Shown here piece after piece: positions 1-8,365 of a DNA stretch of 64,000 nucleotides. The stretch lies in contig DUDF01000074.1 in assembly GCA_012959435.1 (NCBI GenBank), forward strand, positions 37,234-101,233, read 5' to 3'. This DNA is from Candidatus Poseidoniales archaeon. Its GTDB lineage: Archaea; Thermoplasmatota; Poseidoniia; Poseidoniales; Thalassarchaeaceae. Position 1 is the first letter of the stretch. Every line of letters starts with the position of its first letter. A program made the position numbers and the translations under genes. A model generated the notes under the pieces. It saw nothing but the letters and a program-made list of their open reading frames with translations, searched no databases and was not told where the DNA came from.

Positions 1-36
1 AAGCGTGGTAAAGGAAATAAGGTTCAAGTCGATAAG

Positions 37-570
37 GTGGCCCTATTGAGGGAATTATTAACTCCTCTAGAGGCCTATGCTGCTGGGTTGCCGTGGTCAT
101 CAGAAAAGGCGTGGAGACTCTCAACCCATATCCGACAAGAAAGAGGGTCCCTAACTCTTGATCTCCACGAGATGGATTTACCGGGGTCTAGGCGAATACT
201 AGATTTGATTATTGAAAACCGCCCTATGGTTGGTAGAATCCGAATTATCACTGGGCGGGGGAAAAATAGCCTAGACCGACCGGTACTTCGGCCGATGGTC
301 AATGAAAGGTTGACTCCAATAGCGCGGGCTCTTGATTGGCAGATTCTTGCCAAAGCAGGTTCGATAACCTTGCGCCCACTAGGAAAACGTCCGACAGTGA
401 AAGTTTGGCTAGTGAGATTTCTATTTTTAGCAGGTCCATTTTCAATTGCACTTGCATTATCGTTTGAAGAGTTGGCTGGCTCTGGTGCTCGCGAGCAAGG
501 GCGATTTTTTGGCGCCGCTGCGGGCCTCGTATTAACAGGCCTACTAGCATCCTATCGCAATCGAGTCTGA
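37..570 (+). CDS. Smr-domain protein with hydrophobic C-terminal region (start uncertain; may be 5'-truncated by the window edge)
   Basis: Smr-like core 'LDLHEMDL...GRIRIITGRGKNS...LRPMV'. The last ~60 aa are hydrophobic (two TM-like stretches). The same frame is open from nt 1 (KRGKGNKVQVDK), so the gene may begin upstream of the window. Confidence 0.5.
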   Translation: MALLRELLTPLEAYAAGLPWSSEKAWRLSTHIRQERGSLTLDLHEMDLPGSRRILDLIIENRPMVGRIRIITGRGKNSLDRPVLRPMVNERLTPIARALDWQILAKAGSITLRPLGKRPTVKVWLVRFLFLAGPFSIALALSFEELAGSGAREQGRFFGAAAGLVLTGLLASYRNRV

Positions 571-791
571 GCACTCTTAATCTTGATATTTTCTTGTACG
601 AATCAAGGCTGTAATAACTAGTATAACAACCAACAGCAATCCGAGCACCATGAGGCCGCCATTACTCGGCTCTACAACTAATTTCACTCGGCATAGGGCA
701 AAAGTGCTCCCGTTTTCACCCCTCTCAAAATCAAACATTGGGGTTACTTAACTCACCCTCTACGCGAATGCAGTACTGCGTTTAGAAAAAG

Positions 792-866
792 TGCTCGCGC
801 CGGGATTCGAACCCGGGTAGACAGGATGAAAACCTGCAATGATGGGCCGGACTACACCACGCGAGC
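792..866 (-). tRNA. tRNA-Glu (anticodon UUC), 75 nt, no encoded CCA
   Basis: Reverse complement is GCTCGCG-TG-GTGTAGTCCGGCCCATCAT-T-GCAGG-TTTTCAT-CCTGT-CTAC-CCGGG-TTCGAAT-CCCGG-CGCGAGC-A. It has a 7-bp acceptor stem, a T-arm with TTCGAAT loop, and anticodon loop UU-UUC-AU. A T5 run follows the 3' end directly on the minus strand (786-790). Confidence 0.9.
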
Positions 867-910
867 CACAGCCTCGGGGCGGGGGTTGGGTGCATAACCG
901 AATCGGTTGT

Positions 911-1510
911 TCACTCTTCTTCATCATACTCTGATAGGCCTTGCCACCAAATCCATGCAGGATAGAGAAGAAGTGCTCCGAAAAGTGAGGCGACTATGAA
1001 CTGCCAGCCACTAAGGAAATCAATGAACTGCTCGCCATAAACACCTATCACCAAGACCTCCAAACCGAACCGCATTGACCGGCCAATAAATCCAGCAAGT
1101 ACGAATGTGGTTCGGTCCATTTTCCCTATCCCCGCGCACCACCCAAGAACTTTGTAGGGGATAGGCGTAAAGGCGGCAATAAATATCCCAAAACCTCCAT
1201 ATCTTTTGACTAGGGTATTGAACTTACGAACCGCACTTTTTGAAGCGAATTTTTCCAGCAATGGTTGTCCCCATTTATCTCCCATCCACCATGCTACTAA
1301 TGAGCCAAGTACGCTAGCAATTGTGACAACCAAGAAAATCGACACCAGGCGTATTGGGTCGGATGTACTAGCAGCCATCGGGATAACAAGTGCATCAGGT
1401 GGGATTGGTTGGATAAACGCCTCAGTGAATGACATCAATCCTAGGCCTGCTAGACCAATGGCGGAAAACCAAAGAGTCACCTGCTCCGTTAGTTCAGATA
1501 AACCACTCAT
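911..1510 (-). CDS. DedA/YqaA (SNARE-associated, VTT-domain) family membrane protein
   Basis: Polytopic membrane protein with the DedA-like motif 'FTEAFIQPIPPDALVIPMA' and '...FTPIPYKV'. tRNA-Glu lies 44 nt downstream on the same strand. Confidence 0.7.
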   Translation of the reverse strand: MSGLSELTEQVTLWFSAIGLAGLGLMSFTEAFIQPIPPDALVIPMAASTSDPIRLVSIFLVVTIASVLGSLVAWWMGDKWGQPLLEKFASKSAVRKFNTLVKRYGGFGIFIAAFTPIPYKVLGWCAGIGKMDRTTFVLAGFIGRSMRFGLEVLVIGVYGEQFIDFLSGWQFIVASLFGALLLYPAWIWWQGLSEYDEEE

Positions 1511-1596
1511 GTGTTCTCGCTACCCACTCTGTGCATCAATCTTCGCCTTTGAGGTGAGACCGACACGCTCATTGAGTGGTGGCCTAACCAGTAGCC

Positions 1597-2076
1597 ATGC
1601 TCGTTTTGGACACCGCGGCCTTACTCCATTGGCCATTACCCCAATTATCTGGGTGCGTAGTGTTCGGGCAGAGAGAGGAACTTGCAAGACTATCTTCTGA
1701 CAGAGAGATGTTATTGGATGGGGCTGATTTACAATGGTCTACTCCATCTGCTAATTCACTTGAACTAGCTTCTAAAGTTGCAACAGAGAGTGGGGATTTG
1801 GCTGGATTATCACCAGTTGATTTAGAGATTTTAGCACTTGCTTTAGAGTTAGAAGCGCCTCTTGTAACAGATGATTACCGGCTACAAAATTGCTGTTTAG
1901 TTGCTGGGATTGAGCATCAACCAGTATTGACTGATGGAATATCTGAACGTTGGCACTGGCAGTTAGTATGCTCTGGATGTGGTGCGATTAGCAATGAGCA
2001 GAACGTATCCAAAAAACGTGGTGAGTACGGTGATTGTGGTGATTGCGGCTCGCCTTACAACATCCGGAAAAAGTAA
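1597..2076 (+). CDS. nob1: Nob1-like PIN-domain endonuclease with C-terminal zinc ribbon (pre-16S rRNA 3' processing)
   Basis: PIN motifs 'VLDTAALL' and 'LVTDDYRLQN', followed by the zinc ribbon 'CSGCG...CGDCGSPYNIRKK'. This is the typical archaeal Nob1 architecture. Confidence 0.7.
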   Translation: MLVLDTAALLHWPLPQLSGCVVFGQREELARLSSDREMLLDGADLQWSTPSANSLELASKVATESGDLAGLSPVDLEILALALELEAPLVTDDYRLQNCCLVAGIEHQPVLTDGISERWHWQLVCSGCGAISNEQNVSKKRGEYGDCGDCGSPYNIRKK

Positions 2077-2077
2077 T

Positions 2078-2347
2078 TCACTCTTCGGAGAGGTCATCCT
2101 TGACCTCGTCAGCAGTTTTTCCTTCAATTTCAACTCCAGCTGATTCCGCTTTTTCAGTGAGTTCTGCTGTTTCAGTTTTACCACCGCGTTCAAGGTCCGC
2201 TTCGGTTGCGTTATGGGAATCGCCAATTCCCTTCTGAAATTCGCCTTTTGCCATTCCAAGGGAACGGGCTAACTTCGGCAATCTTTCAATTCCAAAAAAC
2301 AATACAAAAATTGCTAAAATGACTAGCATCTCCGTACTCCCCATCAT
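2078..2347 (-). CDS. tatA: Twin-arginine translocase subunit TatA/E
   Basis: N-terminal TM plus amphipathic helix 'MLVILAIFVLFFGIERLPKLARSLGMAKGEFQKG', followed by an acidic tail. Confidence 0.8.
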   Translation of the reverse strand: MMGSTEMLVILAIFVLFFGIERLPKLARSLGMAKGEFQKGIGDSHNATEADLERGGKTETAELTEKAESAGVEIEGKTADEVKDDLSEE

Positions 2348-2449
2348 GGATACTACCTCTAATCCCCGCGTGTCGGTTTAATCCCTTGAATGATTCGGCG
2401 GAAACCACCACAATTGACGGAAAACGTACCAGAATGTGATGGGGCCACC

Positions 2450-2710
2450 TCAGCCACCGGATACCGGTGGTAAAAATGCAATTTCACCAGCATCGGGGAT
2501 TTCAACATCTGGAGAACAGAACTCGCCGTTAAGCGCAACTTTCATGCCGTTGCCCAGCATTTCTGCAATCTGCATTCGCTCCGCAAGATCTTGAATCGTA
2601 GTGCCAATATTTAGCGGAAATTCCAAAGTTTTAGTACCAAATTTTTCTGCTAAAGGTCCGAATAAGAGCACCGTGAATTTGACTGCGTTGGTAGCCTCCT
2701 CCTCTCTCAT
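2450..2710 (-). CDS. MoaD/ThiS-family ubiquitin-like sulfur carrier (SAMP-like)
   Basis: 86 aa, beta-grasp size, ending in the diagnostic diglycine 'FLPPVSGG'. Confidence 0.65.
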   Translation of the reverse strand: MREEEATNAVKFTVLLFGPLAEKFGTKTLEFPLNIGTTIQDLAERMQIAEMLGNGMKVALNGEFCSPDVEIPDAGEIAFLPPVSGG

Positions 2711-2764
2711 GGATTAACCTAATGTGCGCCGAGTATTATAGGTGTGCAACCCGCCCGATAAAAT

Positions 2765-3478
2765 ATGACCACAGTACTTCAGGCACAACAATTGTGGAAG
2801 ATCTACGACACAGGTTCAGTTAAGGTGAAGGCTCTCAAGGGAGTTGACTTAGATATTTCAGAGGGAGAGATGGTCGCTATAATGGGCCCGTCCGGCTGTG
2901 GTAAAACCACCTTTCTAAATTGTATTTCAAGTCTTGATGAGTTCACTGCTGGTGAAGTCTTGGTAGACGGTCAACCTCTCTCCGAGATGTCTGATAGAGA
3001 GCGAACTGACATGCGCAAAAACCGGCTTGGATTTGTATTTCAGTCTTTCAATCTGATCCCTGTTCTTTCCGCTGTTGAGAACGTTGAATTACCACTTATT
3101 TTGAAGGGGAAATCTAGCAAGGATGCTAGGGTTATTGCTCTAGATGCGTTGGATGCAGTTAGTCTAAAAGAATGGGCCGGCCATTTGCCTGCGGAATTAT
3201 CTGGTGGCCAACAACAGCGAGTAACAATTGCCCGCGCATTTGCTCATCAACCAGCGTTAATTTTAGCAGATGAGCCAACTGGAAACCTAGATACGACAAC
3301 TTCTAAATCCGTAATGGAATTACTTGTCAATTTGAATCGCAATAAAGGAATCACATTTGTTATCGTCACTCACGAAGAGGAAATAGCACGTCAATGTACG
3401 AGGCTAATAACAATCCAAGATGGCTTGATTACAAGTGATGAGAGCCTTGTGGGGATGGATGGCTCTGAAGAAGAATAA
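2765..3478 (+). CDS. ABC transporter ATP-binding protein, MacB/LolD family
   Basis: Walker A 'GPSGCGKTT', Q-loop, signature 'LSGGQQQRV', Walker B 'LILADEPT', H-loop 'VIVTHE'. The stop codon abuts the GTG start of the permease at 3479. Confidence 0.9.
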   Translation: MTTVLQAQQLWKIYDTGSVKVKALKGVDLDISEGEMVAIMGPSGCGKTTFLNCISSLDEFTAGEVLVDGQPLSEMSDRERTDMRKNRLGFVFQSFNLIPVLSAVENVELPLILKGKSSKDARVIALDALDAVSLKEWAGHLPAELSGGQQQRVTIARAFAHQPALILADEPTGNLDTTTSKSVMELLVNLNRNKGITFVIVTHEEEIARQCTRLITIQDGLITSDESLVGMDGSEEE

Positions 3479-6400
3479 GTGGAGTTGATTAACTTGTCAA
3501 ACTCTGAAGAATCATATCCCTTAGGGGGTGGAGGTAGCACATCCCAAAGGTTAGGCCGTAGTGCACTTTTCACCGTTTTATTCATTGGAATCACCTTTTT
3601 TTGTGCTAAACTGATAATTGGTGTAGTCAAATTAACCTCATATGATGGGGTTGGATTTGGTTGGTATGCAACAGCCATCAGTTTGGGATTAGTGACAGCA
3701 CTTGTTTCTCTGCAATTACTTGACTTTACTTTTTCAAGAAGAAGGAGAATGTTGGCTCAGATGGCGTTTAGCAATCTTCGCCGCCGTAAACGTAACACCG
3801 CACTAGTAATTATTGGACTTCTTATCGGCTCAGCAATTATCACCAGTAGTTTAGTTGTAGGGGATAGTCTTGATGCAACTCTACAAGCAGAATTTGCAGA
3901 AGCATTAGATGAATCTGATATTATCATCAGCGGTTCAGACCTCTTTGGGAATCCCGTTTGGATGAACCAAACAAGAATGGAAGGATATGTGGACACATTG
4001 TTTAACAATTCAAACATAGATGCAGTTTCTATTGGGATTAATATGCAAATTGGTTTGAAATCAGAATTACACAAGACGGTTGAGGCTAATGACGCTCACT
4101 GGTTGGCAATGGATGAGGATTACCAAACTCAAGGCACATGGAAACCATTTGGTGGTGATGATGGCCCCCTTTACTCAGAAATAAATGATGGAGAGGCATA
4201 CATCAGTGAGAAAGCTGCTGAAAAAATGGAATTAGAAATTGGTGATACTGTTGAAGTAAGTTGGTCCGGGGTTTCAGAAACAGGTCAGATTAAACGAGAC
4301 ACGATGAATTTGACAGTGCAAGAAATTGTGCCAACAAAAGTATCCGGCTACGAGTTTGGCGGCGATTCAACAATTTACACTAGCCTATCTCAGGCTCAAG
4401 AAATTTTAGGGCGGCAAGGTGAAATTAATCGAATAGCGATCTCAGCAATGGGTGGTGTATTTGACGCTCAAGATGCCGAAGAACGAGCATTACCTTTCAT
4501 TAATTCAACTCTTGATGAAGTAATTATAGCAGGCGATTCCGGATTAGAAATCGCAACCGTTCCAGAGGACTTCTCCTTAGCAGTACAACGAATAAGCGGT
4601 GAAGGTTTAATTTATGGAGATGAGGTTGAGAGCCTGAGGGAAAACATTACTGCGTTCTCTCCTGATGCTTCAGTTGCTGAATTGTTGATGGCACCCTTGC
4701 TCCAAATCTCAAGTAATGGTGAGAATTTAACTGGGCTGATTTCTGCGGAAGTTACTGTAATAGATTCAGATGGTATTGCTGATTGGTACGCAACTCCATC
4801 AGGACTTTCAGTTCAGATGAAAAACACTAGCCAGTGGTTCCAGTGGGTTCCACGCGGTGATGATTCAAAGGCAATTGATTCAGTACATTCGGTTAGAGAT
4901 GGCGTTGCCCTATCTTTGTACTCAGGAGGTATCCACCTTTCTGCCCTTAGTGAAGAAGAAGATTCGCGAGATATTACTATGCCCGAAGGGGATGGGGATT
5001 TAGTCAGTTTAGTGGTTACTGAGGCTGACCTTGGGGTCGCTCTTCGTATCAGTGAGAGTGGTGTAGAACTTCTCTTTGGGGAAGCCTATAGTGATGGGGC
5101 AATAGTTTGGGATTCTGCATCTATTGACATTTCTAATTTCAGCCAGGATTTAGAGGGTGGTGGGCTGGCATTAGAGGGTGATTCCCTATACCTCAGATTA
5201 GAGAGTGCTTTCGCTAGTTCAACCTGTGAAATATCTATCCAAGAAATCAATTCAGAATTTAATTCTTGCAATTGGAATCTTGACCCACCTTCAAGCCGTT
5301 CAATAGCCACTTCTGGAGGTCTTGCTTGGGACCTATACGGACAAGATTTACGGTCAACTTCTGCACGTCTTAATGGCACTCCTGTTTCAGCCCATGAACT
5401 CGGCTTACCTACGGGTGAAATCCTATCGGTTTCATCCTCTGCTGTATTCGTTGAAGAAAGCGGTCTGTTCATTTGGAATGGCACTGGTTTTTCACTTTCA
5501 GACACACAGCCTGCACAAGGCACAGACAATCGTACTTCATGGAGTGACGGGGAGAGAACCATTGCAACCTCTCCATACGGAGTCCTCATATCAGATGGGG
5601 TGAATATTACTGGCAGATTACCATATCAGATATCGATAGATGGCATCTCAAACTTGCCACTAGTAGCAATCGCTTTGACTGGTGGGGTAGGGATTCCTAA
5701 TCCTGAACCTGGTGATCTCTATCTTTCAACTTGGTCAGCAAATGGGCTAGCATTAACCCCTCCACAATCATTGCAAGTTGTTGGTTTAATGGCTGCGGCT
5801 AGAGGTATTTTCGAACCGATGGATTTCAATTACACGTTTACAGTACCTGAATTACCGGCTCCGCCAGGTCAGCCAGGGCTTGATGACATTTCAATCGCAG
5901 TAGTCAATATATCGGATGCTCAACAACTACTGAATCGAGACGAACCAGTCCGCAGTATGGTGATGGTTAGTGGCTTTGCCTTGGTGTCCAATGATAATTT
6001 ATCCAAATTAGAAGCAAACATTACCGCTTGGGCGGATGAGATATCAACAGCGGAATCAGTTGGTATCAAAACAGTCGCCCTAAAATCAGAAATTAGAGCA
6101 GCTACTGCTGATTCAGGCGCAAATTTTTCCGCACTCTTCCTAATTTTCGGTTCATTCGTCATTTTTGCAGGTGTTTTACTTGTGATGAATCTCTTCGTTA
6201 TGCTCGCTGATGAGAGGAAATCGGAGATGGGTATGCTGAGGGCGCTTGGCATGCATCGTGGAGAATTACGAGGAATGTTCGTAATAGAAGGCACACTTAT
6301 CGGCTTAGTTTCAAGTGCCGTTGGCGCTGTAGCGGGGATTGGTGTAGCCAAATTATTGATGTTAGGACTTGACCGTGTACTATCTCAAACCTTTCAACGG

Positions 6401-8239
6401 GGGATTCTCTTTTCTTGGGAATGGCACAGCCTTTTGAGTGGATTCTCAATTGGTTTCTTAGTTACTTTCATGACACTAATGGCGACCTCAATTTACATTT
6501 CGAGGCTCAATGTTGTGGCCGCAATGCGCGACATACCAATTAGAATGAAAGGTTCTCTGCCTTGGTGGACAATACTCGTCTCACTTTTCATGTTCGGTTC
6601 TGCAATAGTTTGCGTAGTGCTTGCTTTCATGATAGGAGACCCTGAAACTGGTAGTCGATATGCATGGTGGTTAACGGCTGGTTTCCTATTCCTTTTCGGA
6701 TTAGTACCTCCACTTTTCTTCATATTTTCCAAATTATTGCCAGAATCACTATCTTTCAGAGGCACACGAATTTCACGTACAGTTCTCACTCCTCGCCTGA
6801 CCATGACGATTCTAGGATTATTGATGTTCGGTTGGGGGATTTGGACCGACCCCATCAGGGCTGATTGGGAATTAGGAGATGCATCATTCATTATCTTAGG
6901 TTTATTCTTAGTTGGGGCAGGTGTGTTGTTATTGACAAGTTTAGCACCAATGATTGCACGCTCTCTAGCAAAAGCAGGCTCAAGCATCTCAGGTCGTCTT
7001 TCATCAGTATTGCCTACTGCACTGGCCTATCCATTAGCAACCCCTTTCAGGACTGCAATGACCATGGGGATGTTCAGTTTGGTGGTTTTTGCTGTAGTTG
7101 TTCTATCGGGCTATTCCGCACTTGTCGGCAACTGGCTTGGTGATATCGGCGAGGATGCGCGGGGTGAATGGGAAATAGTTGCATTCGGAGACCTTGACCT
7201 CGGAGATAATTCTAGTGAATGGGATTTAGGTGAACTACAATCCTCTGATTTTGATGCCATTGCAACGATGCATACCGCTACTATTCAGGTTTATAAGAAA
7301 GGTGAAACAGATTTGGAAAATAAATCAACGTATACGAATATACGGGGTTTTGATTCAAATTTCACGAGTTTGAACGGTTTACCCTTACATTCATGGGAGC
7401 CAAGTTTAGGAGATACAGCTGAAGATGTTTGGCAGGCTATCCTTGAAAATGATACACTTGTTGTGATAGATTACACTTTGGCTGTTGAATCTTATCAAGG
7501 TGATCGAGGTGTGATTTACGAAGGCATGGGCCTGAACATTGGTGATGCAATAATTGTCCAGGACCCTTTCAATCCTGCCATTAACTCTACTTTCTTTATT
7601 GGTGCAGTCATGAATGAGGAAAGTGGTTGGTTTGCTAGTGGGGTAAGTGTGGCAAAACCAATTGCAATTGAGCGTTTTGAGGCAACCCCTTCTTCAATCT
7701 GGTTCTCACTCCCTCCGAGTGCCACCTTAGAAGAGCAAGAAGAAGTTGCAAAAGTCTTGCAATTTGAATTAGTAGAAGAGGGTGCAATTGTGTTTGCAAT
7801 TGAAGTTCAATTCAAAGAGATCCAATCAATTATTTTCGCAATGTTTGGCCTTCTTCAAGCATTCCTAGCCCTAGGGCTAATTGTCGGTATCGCTGGACTA
7901 GGTGTAATTACTATTCGTAATGTGTCTGAACGTGCTCATCAAACTGGAATACTCAGAGCCCTTGGATTCCAACGTGGCATGGTGATTGCTGGGTATCTCA
8001 CAGAGTTGACTTGGGTGAGTCTTCTGGGCATCTTGAATGGGGCTGCTGTAGGGGTCGGTTTTCACTACCAATTGTATGTCAAATTCCTGAAGGATGAAGG
8101 TGCAGAATTTGTACTTCCTTGGGGACAGATTACTCTGATTATTTTGGGTGCTTATTTGCTCACGATTTTGGCTACTGCGTGGCCTGTCAGAAGGGCTGCA
8201 TCTATACACCCTGCCGAGGCGCTACGGGACATCGAATGA
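3479..8239 (+). CDS. Fused double FtsX-domain (MacB-type) ABC permease with very large extracytoplasmic domains, 1,586 aa
   Basis: There are two FtsX modules: 'ADERKSEMGMLRALGMHRGELRGMFVIEG' (~6120-6540) and 'VSERAHQTGILRALGFQRGMVIAGY...AASIHPAEALR' (~7800-8236). MacB periplasmic-domain-like edges are 'GEAYISEKAAEKMELEIGDTVEV' and 'IAVVNISDAQQLL'. About 745 aa lie between TM ~aa 107-129 and the first FtsX bundle. Confidence 0.8.
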   Translation: MELINLSNSEESYPLGGGGSTSQRLGRSALFTVLFIGITFFCAKLIIGVVKLTSYDGVGFGWYATAISLGLVTALVSLQLLDFTFSRRRRMLAQMAFSNLRRRKRNTALVIIGLLIGSAIITSSLVVGDSLDATLQAEFAEALDESDIIISGSDLFGNPVWMNQTRMEGYVDTLFNNSNIDAVSIGINMQIGLKSELHKTVEANDAHWLAMDEDYQTQGTWKPFGGDDGPLYSEINDGEAYISEKAAEKMELEIGDTVEVSWSGVSETGQIKRDTMNLTVQEIVPTKVSGYEFGGDSTIYTSLSQAQEILGRQGEINRIAISAMGGVFDAQDAEERALPFINSTLDEVIIAGDSGLEIATVPEDFSLAVQRISGEGLIYGDEVESLRENITAFSPDASVAELLMAPLLQISSNGENLTGLISAEVTVIDSDGIADWYATPSGLSVQMKNTSQWFQWVPRGDDSKAIDSVHSVRDGVALSLYSGGIHLSALSEEEDSRDITMPEGDGDLVSLVVTEADLGVALRISESGVELLFGEAYSDGAIVWDSASIDISNFSQDLEGGGLALEGDSLYLRLESAFASSTCEISIQEINSEFNSCNWNLDPPSSRSIATSGGLAWDLYGQDLRSTSARLNGTPVSAHELGLPTGEILSVSSSAVFVEESGLFIWNGTGFSLSDTQPAQGTDNRTSWSDGERTIATSPYGVLISDGVNITGRLPYQISIDGISNLPLVAIALTGGVGIPNPEPGDLYLSTWSANGLALTPPQSLQVVGLMAAARGIFEPMDFNYTFTVPELPAPPGQPGLDDISIAVVNISDAQQLLNRDEPVRSMVMVSGFALVSNDNLSKLEANITAWADEISTAESVGIKTVALKSEIRAATADSGANFSALFLIFGSFVIFAGVLLVMNLFVMLADERKSEMGMLRALGMHRGELRGMFVIEGTLIGLVSSAVGAVAGIGVAKLLMLGLDRVLSQTFQRGILFSWEWHSLLSGFSIGFLVTFMTLMATSIYISRLNVVAAMRDIPIRMKGSLPWWTILVSLFMFGSAIVCVVLAFMIGDPETGSRYAWWLTAGFLFLFGLVPPLFFIFSKLLPESLSFRGTRISRTVLTPRLTMTILGLLMFGWGIWTDPIRADWELGDASFIILGLFLVGAGVLLLTSLAPMIARSLAKAGSSISGRLSSVLPTALAYPLATPFRTAMTMGMFSLVVFAVVVLSGYSALVGNWLGDIGEDARGEWEIVAFGDLDLGDNSSEWDLGELQSSDFDAIATMHTATIQVYKKGETDLENKSTYTNIRGFDSNFTSLNGLPLHSWEPSLGDTAEDVWQAILENDTLVVIDYTLAVESYQGDRGVIYEGMGLNIGDAIIVQDPFNPAINSTFFIGAVMNEESGWFASGVSVAKPIAIERFEATPSSIWFSLPPSATLEEQEEVAKVLQFELVEEGAIVFAIEVQFKEIQSIIFAMFGLLQAFLALGLIVGIAGLGVITIRNVSERAHQTGILRALGFQRGMVIAGYLTELTWVSLLGILNGAAVGVGFHYQLYVKFLKDEGAEFVLPWGQITLIILGAYLLTILATAWPVRRAASIHPAEALRDIE

Positions 8240-8313
8240 TACAAAATTTATGTACCAAAATCAATACGATTGTGCGTTTACAAGTGAATTACCTAACAAA
8301 GACTCGCGCATAG

Positions 8314-8321
8314 TATAAATA
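8314..8321 (+). promoter_or_regulatory. Candidate TATA box (TATAAATA) for the 8366 gene, with a GGAGG Shine-Dalgarno-like motif at 8353-8357
   Basis: 'gcgcatagTATAAATAtgg' sits ~45 nt upstream of the ATG. GGAGG lies 8 nt upstream of ATG 8366. Confidence 0.4.
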
Positions 8322-8365
8322 TGGATTGAACAGGTGGGGTAATCCCTTAGTGGGAGGACTGTGAC

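Noticed and set aside
1206-1700. Plus-strand 164-aa ORF overlapping the dedA gene and the start of nob1.
   Set aside because: It is antisense to a well-supported membrane-protein gene and out of frame with nob1. It has no motifs.
5086-6987. Minus-strand ORFs of 143-167 aa inside the FtsX permease gene (5086-5589, 5920-6351, 6493-6987).
   Set aside because: They are antisense to a gene with unambiguous FtsX/MacB motifs. The translations lack motifs and are Ser/Pro/Arg-rich.
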